A stretch of DNA of 64,000 bases from Bigelowiella natans CCMP2755 (GCA_000320545.1 ADNK01001859.1:1-64000), one strand, 5' to 3'. Shown: positions 12,480 to 25,392, counted from the first letter of the stretch. Translations and numbers: made by a program. Notes: generated by a model not told the origin, from the sequence alone.

Positions 12480-14819
12480 ATGAACCGAGGGGTCGCTCTC
12501 TTGTCTCTCACTAGTCTGATACTAGTTGAAGGTTCGCGAGAAAGCCTGAGTATTACACAGTGGGGCTCCGACGTCCACAACGACAACATCCCACACATCG
12601 AGAACATAGCTAGCGAAGGTGTAACCGCTGTTGCGTCAAACGAATGTGCTTATGCTGCATTAACCTTCAATGGGAGCTCGGTAGCCACATGGGGCGATCC
12701 AGATTGTGGAGGGAGTTATATTCATCCAGAATCCAGTGATGATGAGGTCGTTTGGGTCGGAAAATCTAATCGTGCATTTGCCTCGCTTTTTCGAAGCGGG
12801 CGTGTATATGCCTGGGGCGACGAGAACTACGGTGGCAACGTTTCAGCCGTAGCAAATTCACTAGCAAAAGGGCTCTTCACTGCAATATATTCTACTTCTG
12901 ACTCTGAAGGTGGAGCCTTTATCGCGATTCAAAAAAACGGGTCAATAATCACATGGGGTCACCCATTAAAAGGGGGCAACAGCTCAACGGTATGATGTCC
13001 ACCAGTTTTCCATGACAACCGAGCAACATTTGTCTCCTCAACTATTTAGGACACTGTTTATTATCTGTGCTGCTTCTTCACCATTAGGTTCAAGCTGCAG
13101 TAAACATGCACGGTGGGGTTGCCAAGGTGGCCGCCTCATCGAACGCTTTTGCAGTAATTACAAAGAACGGGAGCGTGATCACATGGGGTTACAGAGTCAG
13201 TGGGGGAGATTCCTCCACTGTAGAGGTTGTACTATCCAAGAACACTATTTCTCTCTATTCGAACTATTACGCCTTCACGGCAGTTCTTAGAAATGGGACC
13301 GCGGTTAGCTGGGGCAACCCATTCTACGGTCAGAGAAATATAGACATCGCCGCCTCTACTGTTGCATTTTTGAAAAATACACTTCTTCTGACCACATTCC
13401 TTGTTCTGTTTCTACTACAATGTATTCTACACACATACATAGTAGAGAAAACAATAGAGATGAAAAGTTGAGTTTTTACATAAGCGAGATTCCATCGTGC
13501 TGCGGAGTGCTAACGAGGAGGGAGAAAATGAAAAATTAAGTGTCTCTCTTCATAAAGCTATCTCTTCTTCCTTCTGTCTACGCCTCTGTATGTCTGTGTC
13601 GTTGTTACATCAGGCGGTGAGATACCAGTAGAAGCAAAAGAAAAGCTGTCGGGTTCGAATGTGCTTGATATTTACTCCACCAGTAGCGCATTTGTCGCAG
13701 TTCTGGAAGAGAGTGGTGGCATTGTGTCGTGGGGCGATCTTCGTGAAGGCGGTATGACGCTTGAATATACATGCTGTTCACCGTGAAGAGAAAGGAAAAC
13801 ATAGAGTAGTCATCAAATTACGATAAAACAACCTTGCATTCACTCTAGGCAACTGCTCGACAGTAGCGGCTGCTCTGAAGGGAAACGTGGCCCGCATCTA
13901 CTCCAATGAGAAGGCATTTGCTGCTGTAACATCCGGAGACGGAATGGTAGTCACTTGGGGCCGCGCCGATCATGGAGGCGATAGCAGCTATGTAGCTTTC
14001 CGTGCTTCAGCCCTCACGATTAGCAGCACCAAGAATGCTTTTGCTGCGACTCTTTCTGACGGCTCTGTCGTAGCATGGGGCGCACCAACGTCAGGAGGGA
14101 ACATGCAGTCAATCGCTTCGTATTTGCAGAAAGGTGTCTACAGCGTTGTCGCGACGTGCTGTGCATTTGGAGCATTGGTTGAAAATGGCCGGATAGTAAC
14201 ATGGGGCTCTCCAAAGTATGGCGGCAACTCGCAAACGGTAATGAGCGTTTTCATAATGATTGCCATGTCAATGACTGCCCGTTGAATGGTTGAATTGTGA
14301 CGTGTCGTCTGGCGTAGGTTGAGGCTATGCTGAGGGAAGGAATACAGAGTCTCCACGCTTCTACAAAGAATATGGCGGCCTTGAATTTACATGTAAGCCT
14401 ATTATTCTTAACAAATATTGAATTCGAGAGTCTTCGTCGCATCTACAGCTCTTTTGTTATCATCTCTTACTCCTACTTATGTCCGTGCATGGCAGAATCC
14501 AGGCGATCTTGGTAAAACCCAGGAGGGTGACTTTCTGATGTCCCTCGCTATTGCCTTCGCTGTGATTGCCCCCATTGCGTTTGTAATAGGGTGCTTTAGT
14601 TGCTGGGCTAAGAGATCTCGAATAGGGAGGAACAGAGCCAGATTGTCAAGTGTCAACACGGAAATATTTCCTCAGAATGCAAGGGACGGGAGGGTGGATA
14701 CGAAGGATGCTGCTGATTTCGAGAGTATTCCTTACTATTCGATGGTCCGTCGTTCATCCGATTTGACGCCTACAGTCCGATGGTACCCATCCGATGTGCC
14801 GACGGAAGCCCAGAAATGA
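12480..14819 (+). CDS. RCC1/BLIP-II-like beta-propeller repeat protein, predicted type I membrane protein (multi-exon)
   Basis: Signal peptide MNRGVALLSLTSLILVEG. About 9 repeats of the form AFAAxxxxGSVVTWGxxxxGG across exons. Single TM segment FLMSLAIAFAVIAPIAFVIGCFSCW followed by basic AKRSR and a short tail. Confidence 0.85.
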
Positions 14820-15762
14820 GCAGCGTGTTTCCTCTTTGCACCTAATGAAATTATTGTAGAGTTTGTGATGATACCAGGTTGTGCATGGGATAGTGTCACG
14901 TAACAAACTATCAGCATCCACATTCCATGTAAAACGTGACATCAAATGAACACCCTATCCCCGTAGCATGAATGTCTACATGGTCATGCGACGTGATGAT
15001 GCGATGATGGTAGCGTTTGACCGGAATCATGCCTTGAGAGCCCATGATCGCTGTGACAATGTGAAAGATGAGCTGCATCAGGCAAAGTTACACATTTGTT
15101 ACATGCACGCGTACGATGAGTACGACCGATCTAGTGTGATGTTCTTCATCACGTGTCTGGACGTGCTTGTGTGCAAATGCGTTTGCAAGCACGTGTGCGA
15201 ACATTCACTTGTGTGTGCATGATGATGAACGCCACACACTAGGCGCATGGTTTCTTTCCATCCCATGCTGCAAACTTCAGCGGCGGAAAGCTGATCTAGA
15301 TGATGCTGGTTGATTCAGAAATTTCGAAAATGAGCTCTCACCCTTGTTGAGAGCATGCATGCAAATGTGTGCACATCATTGCGTCGCGTAGCCACATTCC
15401 CCATGTGCACCATTCAAGGGCACTTTGTGTAGTGATGCTGTGAATGATGTTCCATGATTTTCTAGCTCTCATCGTTGCTGTTTGCTTTGTGCGCAACAAA
15501 GTGACAAAACTCACTGGTTGCAACACTTTCATTGAATGATGTCCATGCATGCTAGCATGCAACCACCTACAATGAGGATCTCAAGCAAGTGGAAATGATC
15601 AACAACGTCAAGACATGATTCAGATCATCGCACAGCAAATTGCAACTCGCAGTGTTTGTCATCTATGTCAAAGAGGTCAACTCTGCCGGTAATTCATCTA
15701 CATGTTGACAGTTGTCCGCATTCATCAAATGATCTGCAATTACAGCCATCCCTCTAGCTCTC

Positions 15763-17268
15763 TCAAGACTTTGTTCCACAAGGAAGTACATAGTATCCAT
15801 CCTCAGTTCGACCAGTCCCAAGCAAGAACAAGTCATCGCCCTTTTTCAAACGCCACGTTTCGGGACCACATGGATTGTTCTTGAACTCTGGGTCATCAAA
15901 TCGAAGGCTATTCTCTTCACAAATAGCGCCATTTGTGTTTGGCCCCGATTTATAGAAGACGTTATCAGGTGAGCCAGCTTGAGAGAGACCACTTATAAAG
16001 TGATCTTCATCACTGTTTACATCGATGGCAATATTGAGTGTCGGTGCGTGATGGGTGCTGGCGGGATTCCAGCTAGTCCTTGTTGGGGTAACTGCAAGTG
16101 TCAGTTTTTCTTGGTCGTAGGAGTATGGACATGAACACTTAATTTCGTGATTGTGCTGTCCAGGGATAGCACATTCATCACGGAAATCGCCTGTATCTCC
16201 GAGAAAACCTCTATTCGCGTCGAGGTAGTAAACATTGAACGACTTCACAGTTTCATTTGCACCCCAATTTCTCATTGTCTCGCGTGAAAGATGCGCGATC
16301 ATCACAGTGTCACCGCATTTGAAACCGATAGCGCGGGTGTAGTGATGTCCATTTACGTTGTTGTAGAAACATGATTGAATACTATTTTTACCACCCTCCC
16401 ATGCGACATTGAGATAGGCTCCTGGAGAAGACACGAAGTATGTATGGCCTGAGAAATCAGTTATCATTGGATCGCCCTTCTGCTCCATGTGCTTTTTCTT
16501 CTTGTAGTGCTGCTTTTTCTTCTTAAAGTGCTGCTTCTTCTTCTTGAAGTGCTGCTTCTTCTTCTTGAAGTGCTGTTTCTTCTTCTTGAAGTGCTGCTTC
16601 TTCTTGCTAATCCTTTTAATTTTTTTCTTAATTTTTTTCTTAACCTTCTTTGCGATCTTTTTCAGTTTCTTCTTACCAGACTTCTTTCTATTCCTTTTTT
16701 TGCTTCGACGCTTCCACGTCCACTTAACTTTCTTTCTTGGATGCGTTTTCACGAGTTCATCAGAATCACCCTCCTCCTCTCCCTCCTCCATACCAAGCTC
16801 GTCCATTGTCGCATTCTCACCGCTGTCGCAACTTACGCTGTTCTCTCCATCCTCCTTAAAAGTCCATGATATGGAGGAGCCAGAGGGGTCAGATATGCGA
16901 AGAGTTGTCACATTAGTCGGAATGATAACGAGCCCCTCCTCTTCCTCTTGAAAGCATGATGTAGTATCATCACTGCAGGACCACTCAAAGTTTGCGCCGG
17001 AAGCCTTGGACAAAGTGATGGGTCCTTCCGGAAAACTGCAAGTAAAGGAAAAATCATTGACTGCACGGATCATCCTAGGATCCACGTTGTCGTTTACTGT
17101 GATGTTGCCCCTGAGACCCGAGTCATCACCAAAGTTTAGGTTGAGTGCGTACACTGTCTCCGTTTGCAACTCGCGATCCATGATGGATGATGCTTCATAG
17201 TTGGATTTCCACAGAGCTTCAGCCGGCTCAAAAAAGGAGAGGGCGAAGAGTAGCGTAGGAAGCAGCAT
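15763..17268 (-). CDS. Secreted protein, 501 aa, intronless: acidic N-domain, Lys-rich repeat linker, C-terminal vWD-like (GDPx) domain
   Basis: Signal peptide MLLPTLLFALSFFEPAEA, acidic patch EEGEEEGDSDE, about 85-aa K/R-rich stretch, then GDPMITDFSGHTY starting a Cys-containing domain. Confidence 0.8.
   Translation of the reverse strand: MLLPTLLFALSFFEPAEALWKSNYEASSIMDRELQTETVYALNLNFGDDSGLRGNITVNDNVDPRMIRAVNDFSFTCSFPEGPITLSKASGANFEWSCSDDTTSCFQEEEEGLVIIPTNVTTLRISDPSGSSISWTFKEDGENSVSCDSGENATMDELGMEEGEEEGDSDELVKTHPRKKVKWTWKRRSKKRNRKKSGKKKLKKIAKKVKKKIKKKIKRISKKKQHFKKKKQHFKKKKQHFKKKKQHFKKKKQHYKKKKHMEQKGDPMITDFSGHTYFVSSPGAYLNVAWEGGKNSIQSCFYNNVNGHHYTRAIGFKCGDTVMIAHLSRETMRNWGANETVKSFNVYYLDANRGFLGDTGDFRDECAIPGQHNHEIKCSCPYSYDQEKLTLAVTPTRTSWNPASTHHAPTLNIAIDVNSDEDHFISGLSQAGSPDNVFYKSGPNTNGAICEENSLRFDDPEFKNNPCGPETWRLKKGDDLFLLGTGRTEDGYYVLPCGTKS
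16492..16606 (-). repeat. 21-bp coding tandem repeat x5 encoding KKKKQH(F/Y)
   Basis: Near-identical cttcttgaagtgctgcttctt units on the + strand. Confidence 0.9.
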
Positions 17269-17844
17269 TCGCTGATCTGCTGCTACAGTGCTTAGCTCTC
17301 CTATGCACTAGGGGTTTTGAATTTTGTTCTGGAGAGCCAAATGTGACGGGATGTGACAAATTGCGGACTAATATTCTGAGGGACATGGAGATGCTGAGCC
17401 CTGCGTGGACGATGTGACAGACTCATTTGTTCCTGATTTCTGCCTACGACAGGGAGCAGCATCATGGAGGCAATGCAAGCAGCTGGCGTTTACTCGGGGC
17501 ACAGAGAGGAGTACCAAGTCTGCACACACATGCATCTGCCTACAACGCCTACCAACGCACACGGGCACGTGCTCATGACAATTTATTTATTATTATTTAT
17601 TTATTTATTTATTTATGCGCGCTTCATTTCCCTTTCTTGCCTCCGTTGTCGAACGGCAAGAATCCGCGGCATTTCGACTTATCTCCGTGCTCCTAATACT
17701 GGACTTGTCAGGAGAAAATCTATGGGTTTTCAAATAGAGACAAACGCTATATGTTGTCGTACCGAAGAAACATCGTATATTCCCGGCAGAGTTACGGAAA
17801 TTTACGTACTGGACCTCAGAATCCACCCACCCCCCGAAACCTCG

Positions 17845-18907
17845 ATGTCTGCTTCATCCTCTTCCGCGCCGCCCTTGTGGACAAAATTCGCCATTTCCGG
17901 GGTGGCTGGTGTTAGTGGATGGTAAGTGATATCGGTAGAACATAGCGAGTACTACTCATATGAAAGTAGTTGTTGGTGGAGTCAAATTGAGCTGGTCTAC
18001 TGCTCAGGATGTTCGTGCACCCCTTTGATGTGCTAAAAGTGCGCATGCAGGTTATAATCTATCCCACAGAATCATTTAAGCTACTCATATTCAATTAACA
18101 GAAGATGCTCTCTTGAGGGGGAGGAGGGCGAAATATATTTATCAAGTAACTGGCTTAGGTCAACGAGGGTACAGCATCGATGTTTAGCGTAGCTGGGCAG
18201 ATTTACTCGAAAGAGGTATTCAGTTTGGAAACAATGGAAAATGTGAATGCAGTTGTCACAACTTAAGCGTGTGTGGGAAATAATAATTTTAGGGAATCCC
18301 TGGGCTTTACTCTGGTCTAAGTGCGGCGGTCACCCGCCAGGTTTGGCGTGTGGTGTGTGTGTGTGTGTGTGTTTGTGTGTCTAACGATGAACCGAATTCG
18401 GATTATATCGGGAACATTAAACACCAATGTTCAGATTTTAATTCTATGCATGGTTGAGATCACTATGTGATTCCGTACCTTCGTGTGTACTTTTTTTGTG
18501 CGGAACAACTACAGCTCACCTATACTACACTGCGACTGGGGCTTTACGACGTAATTCGTGACTCAATGTCGGGTGGTAAGCTATAAAACATGATAAATCA
18601 TAAGAATATACTAGCTTGAATTAAATGACGTCTTTTTCCTTTTCCGGAATGCATGTGTGAGAGTGCGATTGTGTGCGTATCGCCCGTTTTTGCTGACAAC
18701 GTTTCATTATGCTTTCACAGGGTCCGGAGATGTGTCCTTTGGCCTTAAACTCTGTACCGGCCTCACGGCAGGAGCGACAGCGGTAAGGATTACCACGAAC
18801 TATAGCGGAAGGAATGGAAATTAGCAGTGGTTGAATTGAACAACAAGTTTAACAGCTAATTCGCAATTGAAACGCAAAATAGAATGACGACATCAATGGT
18901 TGAAATT

Positions 18908-18959
<52 letters not shown>

Positions 18960-20649
18960 ATTGTATAAAGGCAACAATATGCTGTCCTGTGGAAGTTTCT
19001 CTTGTTCGTATGCAAGCCGACGGCAGCCGTCCAGTAGCGGATCGAAGGTAGCTAGCGGGCACTTTACAACCATTCCGCTTTCACTCTCTCTCCCCCCCCA
19101 CCTCTCTATCCCTCTCACACTCACTCATCCCTTCCTCTCTCTCCCCTTTATTTCTTGTGGCTCCATTTACTACTTCGTGCTGCTGCTGCTACTACCTGCG
19201 TCTACAAATATTTGCTCAGAAACTACAAGCACATCTTTGATGCCATGATTCGAGTCACAAGAGAGGTTGCTCTCACGAAAACACAGCCGCATACAAATAA
19301 TTTTTGCTTCCCTTGATTGCTTTCCCTCGTTTTCTTCGATTTACTTTTTATTCTTGGTCATTGATTATTAGGAAGGGTTACTGACTCTTTGGAGAGGTGT
19401 CGTACCTACAGGTCATTATCATTGTCCACCATTACATTTGGAGACAAGAATTGATATGGTGCTGTTATCATGTCATCGATACTTCCAATTACTACTAGCA
19501 GCTGATGTTCTCTTGTTGACAAGAAACTAATCCTCTTCTGCTGCTTAATTTAGTGACTCGAGGGGCCGTTGTGTCAACCACGCAGCTTGCCACTTACGAT
19601 CAGGTATGTATACAGGATAGAGATGATAACCATGATGGGAGAAGAGACAGTGACGTTTTCGATGACCATAATAATGATTGTCGCTTCTCATCCTTCGCAC
19701 ATGCGTTTTCATATCTTAAAACTGAAAAAAATCTCTCATCGAGAGCTCTGAAAGCAACAAGGATTCGCCCTAAAATCGAGGAGATGCATGACTTCCTATC
19801 TTGTAACGTAAATATTCAGGCGAAAACCGTGCTGAAAAGCAGCGGCCTTACTGAGGTAGCAAATGCAACTGTTTTTGTAATTATTTTATTGTTATCATTC
19901 CTGACCTAATTCTCGTACGACAACAGTTGAAAGTATAATAATTTCCATCATTAATCTCACTAGCTAATCATTATCAGGGTGTTGCGCTACACTTGGCGTC
20001 GAGTTTGATTTCTGGGTAGCACTTTCGAACATGATTTTTTACAATTACGATTAGGGTGTGCAGTGTCGTCGTCGTGGAATTTTGTTTTCTCTTATTTTTG
20101 TTAAAGTTTTTACCACTTAGGTTCGTGTATTGTTTCACCTCCTTGCCTCTTGATATTTGCAAGACACGCATGCAGGTAATATCATTATTTTCCACATGAT
20201 ACGGTATCTAATTTATATAATTCTAACAGGATCAAAAACCGGGCCCGGACGGAAAACTTCCATACACAAATATACTTCAGGCTCTCGTCAAAATACCGCA
20301 GTAATTTTCTGTTTATCCACTTTATGTTTCCGTTACATCATAGTCCTGGCATCCTCATCTTCACCTTCTGCTCTGAGCTTTTTGTCTTCCATTACTGTGC
20401 ATCTGCCACCTTCTTCACTTGGCAGGCAAGAGGGTATACTAGCTTTGTGGAAAGGGTTTGGCGCATATTTCGCCCGTGGAGGAGGTATTAATGCAATGGC
20501 GAGCTGCATAGTTTAAGAAATAAGCATTATCTGCGAGTATCTGTACAATTTTCTTTCCCCCTCCCTACTTAGGTCACACTGTAGGAATGTTCATCTTTGC
20601 AGAGCAGTACAAAAAGTTCGTGAAGAACTACTATTCTTCAAGTAAATGA
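17845..20649 (+). CDS. Mitochondrial carrier (SLC25), 2-oxoglutarate/malate or dicarboxylate carrier-like (many short exons)
   Basis: Three Px[DE]xx[KR]xRxQ-type signatures: HPFDVLKVRMQ, CPVEVSLVRMQADG, LPLDICKTRMQ. Also GLYSGLSAAVTRQLTYTTLRLGLYD, EGLLTLWRGVVPTVTRG, QLATYDQ, EGILALWKGFGAYFARGGGHT, typical of the SLC25A10/A11/DTC group. Confidence 0.92.
18911..18956. repeat. (AT)n microsatellite in a carrier-gene intron
   Basis: Perfect AT dinucleotide run. Confidence 0.95.
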
Positions 20650-21464
20650 GTAAAGAGGAACTAGGAATAGGTGTACGAAAAGCGAATCACGGTGTGTGAT
20701 GATACTAGCTTCGCGTCATCATCTATTAAAGTAGTTCAAAACATGCGAAGTTCAAGCATCGTCATCTAGCGCTGAGTGTGCAATGGGGTGTATATGAGAC
20801 GGATATAATGAAACAATTAAATTCTTTCAACGGTCATCCTAATGTAGCTATGCATGCAAAGGGGCTATATGCCGGTTACCCATACTAGTAGAGGCGGATG
20901 CACCTGCTGTATGCCAGCTCTAGAGCTGCGCAGTCACTGCTGTCTAGCTATGCATGGCATGCGCACAGCATGCAATGCTAGAATGTGTGCCACCGTGACA
21001 ATGATCGATCTACACTACTTATTGGCAACATTTACGTTGCTGCCGTGCAGTACGCGTCTAATAAGCGTGCTAATGTACTGTACGTACTTGTAGATGTCAT
21101 AATGTGCACACATAAAACATGATCGATGCTGCACGGTACGATGTAGGCGACAATGAACGCGCTAGACGCGATCCATTCACATGCCTGCTATCTTAATGAT
21201 TACAGATAGGTTAGCCCACTCTGTGCTGTTAGCTAGGCTATGCCGTTAGCGCTAGGGCCAGTGTTCATTTTGTCGCATCCACAGCCATATCGCCATATGT
21301 CAACAGATATCAGTTGGTGCATTCTCTCATTTCACATCCAACAGATTCGGTGCTACTGTTTACATACAACGTAGTCAATTTCGTAATTTCAATGAATAGC
21401 AGCTCCCCTTCAAAGGCATGCCGTATTTTGGAGACTGCATCTTGAGGGGATGTAAGAATTGCAA

Positions 21465-22594
21465 CTAATCAAGTTTTGAGATTTTATCGTGAACTACAAC
21501 TTTATTGTCCTTCTTCAGCTTATTCTGATGAAGGCGTTTGTAATCGAAAGTACAGTTATGTGAATCTGGAAATCTATGAAGGTCGCAGAAAACGTACATA
21601 CAGCGACACTCAAACCCAAGAATTCCAACTTTTTTGTTGCATTCGAAGCAACGCTTCTTATTTTTCTGAATTATTCTGGAACACGCTTTCACACCTAATC
21701 TAAATCGATGCAAAGCTTTCAGTTTCATTCTAGCCTTTTTAAATTTGGGTTTCCAGCCGTCTTTAGCAGACTTCGCCGATTTCGCCTCTACTTGTTTTGT
21801 CGTCTCTGGGCTGCCAAACATCTTCTTTTTGTAGCACACAGAGCACAATCCATCCTGGTCGGTTGTTCCCCAAAATCCACAAGGGCAGAGAACCTTTGTC
21901 GATTGTCTCTTTGTTGATGGTTTTTCTGTACCTGATTTTATTTCTTTTATTTTCTCTTGTATCAAGGAAATGCCAATTTTCAAAACCGCTAGATCGGCCT
22001 CCTTCATCAGCAAATGTTCTGTCTTCTTGTCCCCGACTTCTGTGCGCTCATAGCCACATGCCTTCATGAGCTGTTCACCACCCTTTACCTTCATAACAAA
22101 CTTCTTGACCACAATATTGCTCATTTTCAGCTGACGATTGCGATTGTCGGATGGTTTTTTCTCCACTTTTTGGAGAATTTTCAGGATCGCTTTTAGCGAA
22201 GAAGCTTGGGTGGAAACCTTGTTTTCCTCGTACTTTTCAAGAGCCAAATTTATAGCATTGGAAGCTGTCTCTGATGAGTTAGGCTCAGTCTTCATCTCCT
22301 CAACCCTAATATATAAAATGATATCACGGTATTTTCAAGCGAATGTGAGACGGGGGTGTACCTCATCGAATTATTCTCTGCAATTTGCTTAGCAAGAGCA
22401 ACCAACGAATGCTCTAAATCTTGTAATGTAGCGCTCGACTTAATTATATCCTCCATTTTTGTGTTTTCATTCTGTAGCATCTGTTCCAGTACGGTCTTCT
22501 CTTGGAGGGAGAGTTCCTTCAGTCCACGAACCGTTTCCAAAACTTTCTGCTGATTCCAGTGAGAGGAATTGTTTGGAGCAAGCTGCGAAGTCAT
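21465..22594 (-). CDS. PUB domain + A20-type + AN1-type zinc-finger protein (2 exons)
   Basis: PUB-like LKAILKILQKVEKKPSDNRNRQLKMSN...GGEQLMKACGY. A20-like LCPCGFWGTTDQDGLCSVCYKK. AN1 RCFECNKKVGILGFECRCMYVFCDLHRFPDSHNCTFDYK. A phase-2 GT-AG intron (about 22306-22361) joins ORF 22292-22594 to ORF 21465-22295. Confidence 0.88.
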
Positions 22595-23177
22595 CGGCCG
22601 ACCACTTGTATCAGCCGTAGCGAAATTGGTGTGAATGTGAGGAAGCTTTGCAGGTCGAGGGGAAGGAAGTTCGTGTTATGGTGTCGCCACTGCCTCACTC
22701 CTTCTCTCTATCCAAAAAATAGTCCTAACTAGTCCAATCTCTATTCACAGAATACTGAAAGTCCAGTCCAATTATGTTATTATTCATCCAGTACTTATAT
22801 CGTAGAATAAAATCTCTCGAAACCTGCGAAACATTTTGCGAGTTTTAATATTTGAAAGTGTCGCGATCGAAGTCAATAATGCGACATGATATTTTTCGAT
22901 ATTTCCTGAATAATTACCTATAAATTATACTCTTCTCGATGAAACCCGGTGGTACCGTTCCTGATCGTGTCCAAACAAGCAAGCGCATACATCTGTATGT
23001 TGTTGTTTCCTGAAAGCCATTACTAACACGCTTGAAATGCCTTTGTTTAAGGTACTGCGACAACTAAATATTATCACACCTTCCTGATCTCCGGCTGGGG
23101 AGAATTATGAATCCCACCCCTCACCGATTAAGAAGGAAAGAGTCACCATTCATGACCCTCTGATCGAGAGAGTTACC

Positions 23178-25353
23178 ATGGCCGCAAATTTCGCAGCATT
23201 AGTGCTCCCTCTACATATCTGGGCTGCAGGAAGTACAGAGGATCTGCATCTTGGTTCAAGAACACTGACAGAATAACCATAAAACACGCACAGCACTGCT
23301 TAAACATATCATTCTTTCATTCACTTCGTCAATTGATTTCTTAGCTTATTTGTATGAACTAGGAACGGATGTCAAGGTTCGTGCGATCATCAATCCTGAA
23401 CCATTCAAAGGTACCTTGGGTTGGCAGGAACACAGCAAGAATGACATCCGAGGTAAGTAACCGGAGAGGGTTCTTTCTATACCTTTGAAATTCCTCAGAA
23501 TTGATGTTTTTGAAATACAGGTTGGCACCAGATGCTAAAGAAAGGTTCACATCTTACCACTCCTCCTCGTTGTAAACGCGTCACTCTCTCACTCTCCCCT
23601 GTGCATAACCACCGTTGTCTGCTGCCTCTCAGGTTCCCGAAGTTTCAAGATCGACCCCAACTTCCGCTCTCCCCTCTTCTGTGCTACACAAAAAAACTTT
23701 CGAAATAAGTCGGATAATCGTGGGTGCTTCATCCTGAACCACGACAATCCCAACCCGCTCCTGATGAAAATGAGAAATGACTACAACACGACGGAGGATG
23801 TACTGGAGTTCATTGCAAACCCAAAATACGCAAGGCATTTTGGTCCTCAGGTGCCATTCATCTCCTGAAATAATATGACACAATACAGTTCAATCTTTTG
23901 AGAGTGGACAACGATATATGCTTCATATACAGGCAAAGGCACTCTTCCCTGATGCTCCATTCCGATTTTCATTGTGCTTTAAAAACGCGCCAATTGACGT
24001 GTGTAAAGGAGGCAGCAAGAGCCGGTCGTGGCTATCCCTTGTAGATAGCTTCTTTAATGATGCTCAGAGGTTAGTAGCAGAAAAGGACTTGCACGTAAAA
24101 TTTGTTCTCGACGGCGATGGCGCAGGGGCGAACATCTGCAAATGCCTCAAAGATCGGTGGAGACCATGGAACGGTTAGAAGTCGGGGAATAAAGGGTTGA
24201 AGAAGGGGTTAAGGGTGTAGTCTATGAACACGGATATAGATATGAGAAGACGGAATAGAACGAGATGGCAAATAAAAGAGAGCATGTAAGAAAACATCAG
24301 AAGTTCTACAGAAATTATAAAAACCTTCGCTTACCGGTTCTTACTACCACTTACACACCAGCGACGTATATTCCTGGAGGCGGTCAACAGCCTGGATCGT
24401 GCTTGAAAGATGCTTTCACTTCCAACAAAAAGTCGTGCCATAGTAACAACCCCACATGCGGAATAGTATCCTTCGGCAGCTCGCCAGGAAGCAAAAGAGA
24501 TGATGAGCGATGATATTGTATGGGGTGTTGTAGAGCTCGTCACTTTATCTTTCTGCCTATCGTGATAATGATTGTTAGAAGACTTTCATACCCAAGTGTA
24601 TGCAGCATCCTAGTTCCTATTTCGTCGTGTTTTCAGCTACAACATGTTAAAGTTGTACGCGAACTCTTACCAACCCTGTTTGAATCATGATTTGTGGTGA
24701 TGGTGGTGGTGGTCAATCTGTAGATCGATGGGTTATGACCGTTTCCAGATCCTTAACACTCCGTCTGCAACGTTCAACTACGCTACAGAGAAAAGATACG
24801 GAAAGTTTATAAATTCGTCCGAAAACTTTCAGATTTATGAGCCCAAAGACCAGGCAGAGATCAATGACCGCATCTCCGAGTATGTCTTGTGCACACGCCA
24901 AGCTAATACCACGATGCGATCCATCTTAAGCGCCAACCAACCATTTCTTGTTTTTATTTTTTGCAGCTACATATCAGAAGGCATCGTTCATAAACCTGGC
25001 GTGAATTTTGCCATCAACATCGACAGTGCCATGTTCCAAGTCTACTCTTCGGTGTGTGTCATCGTCGTCGTTATGTTTTCTGTGCGTGAAGTGGTAGCTG
25101 CTCAACCCCATCCCAAGTGCTATTGCGTACAGTTGTTGCAGATTAAAAAAACATACGTCTTTCTTTGCTTTATCCTGCGACAAAATCTACACGGGATCTC
25201 TCATTTCAAGACTTGATTCGCACCATGTTGCTGCTCTGGTTTGCATTGTATTGCTTGCATTCTCATTCACTTCTCCGTCTAGGGTATGACCTACTCTGCC
25301 GCAGAAAAAGGAGAAGAAAGGAAGGGATCCGCTTTAAATATTGAGTAAGCTAT

Positions 25354-25392
<39 letters not shown>

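Noticed and set aside
16489-16951. Hydrophobic 'membrane protein' ORFs on the + strand, and the 21-bp repeat as a possible CRISPR array
   Set aside because: Antisense of the Lys-rich repeat. The units are contiguous with no spacers and there are no cas genes.
1263-22594. Two p97/Cdc48 cofactor-type genes (UFD1-like, PUB-AN1) as a functional cluster
   Set aside because: They are 15 kb apart with five unrelated genes between them, which is consistent with chance.
23052-23177. In-frame TGA upstream of the PLC-like start as a possible selenocysteine codon
   Set aside because: No redox-motif context or identifiable SECIS, and the downstream ATG at 23178 gives a plausible signal-like N-terminus.
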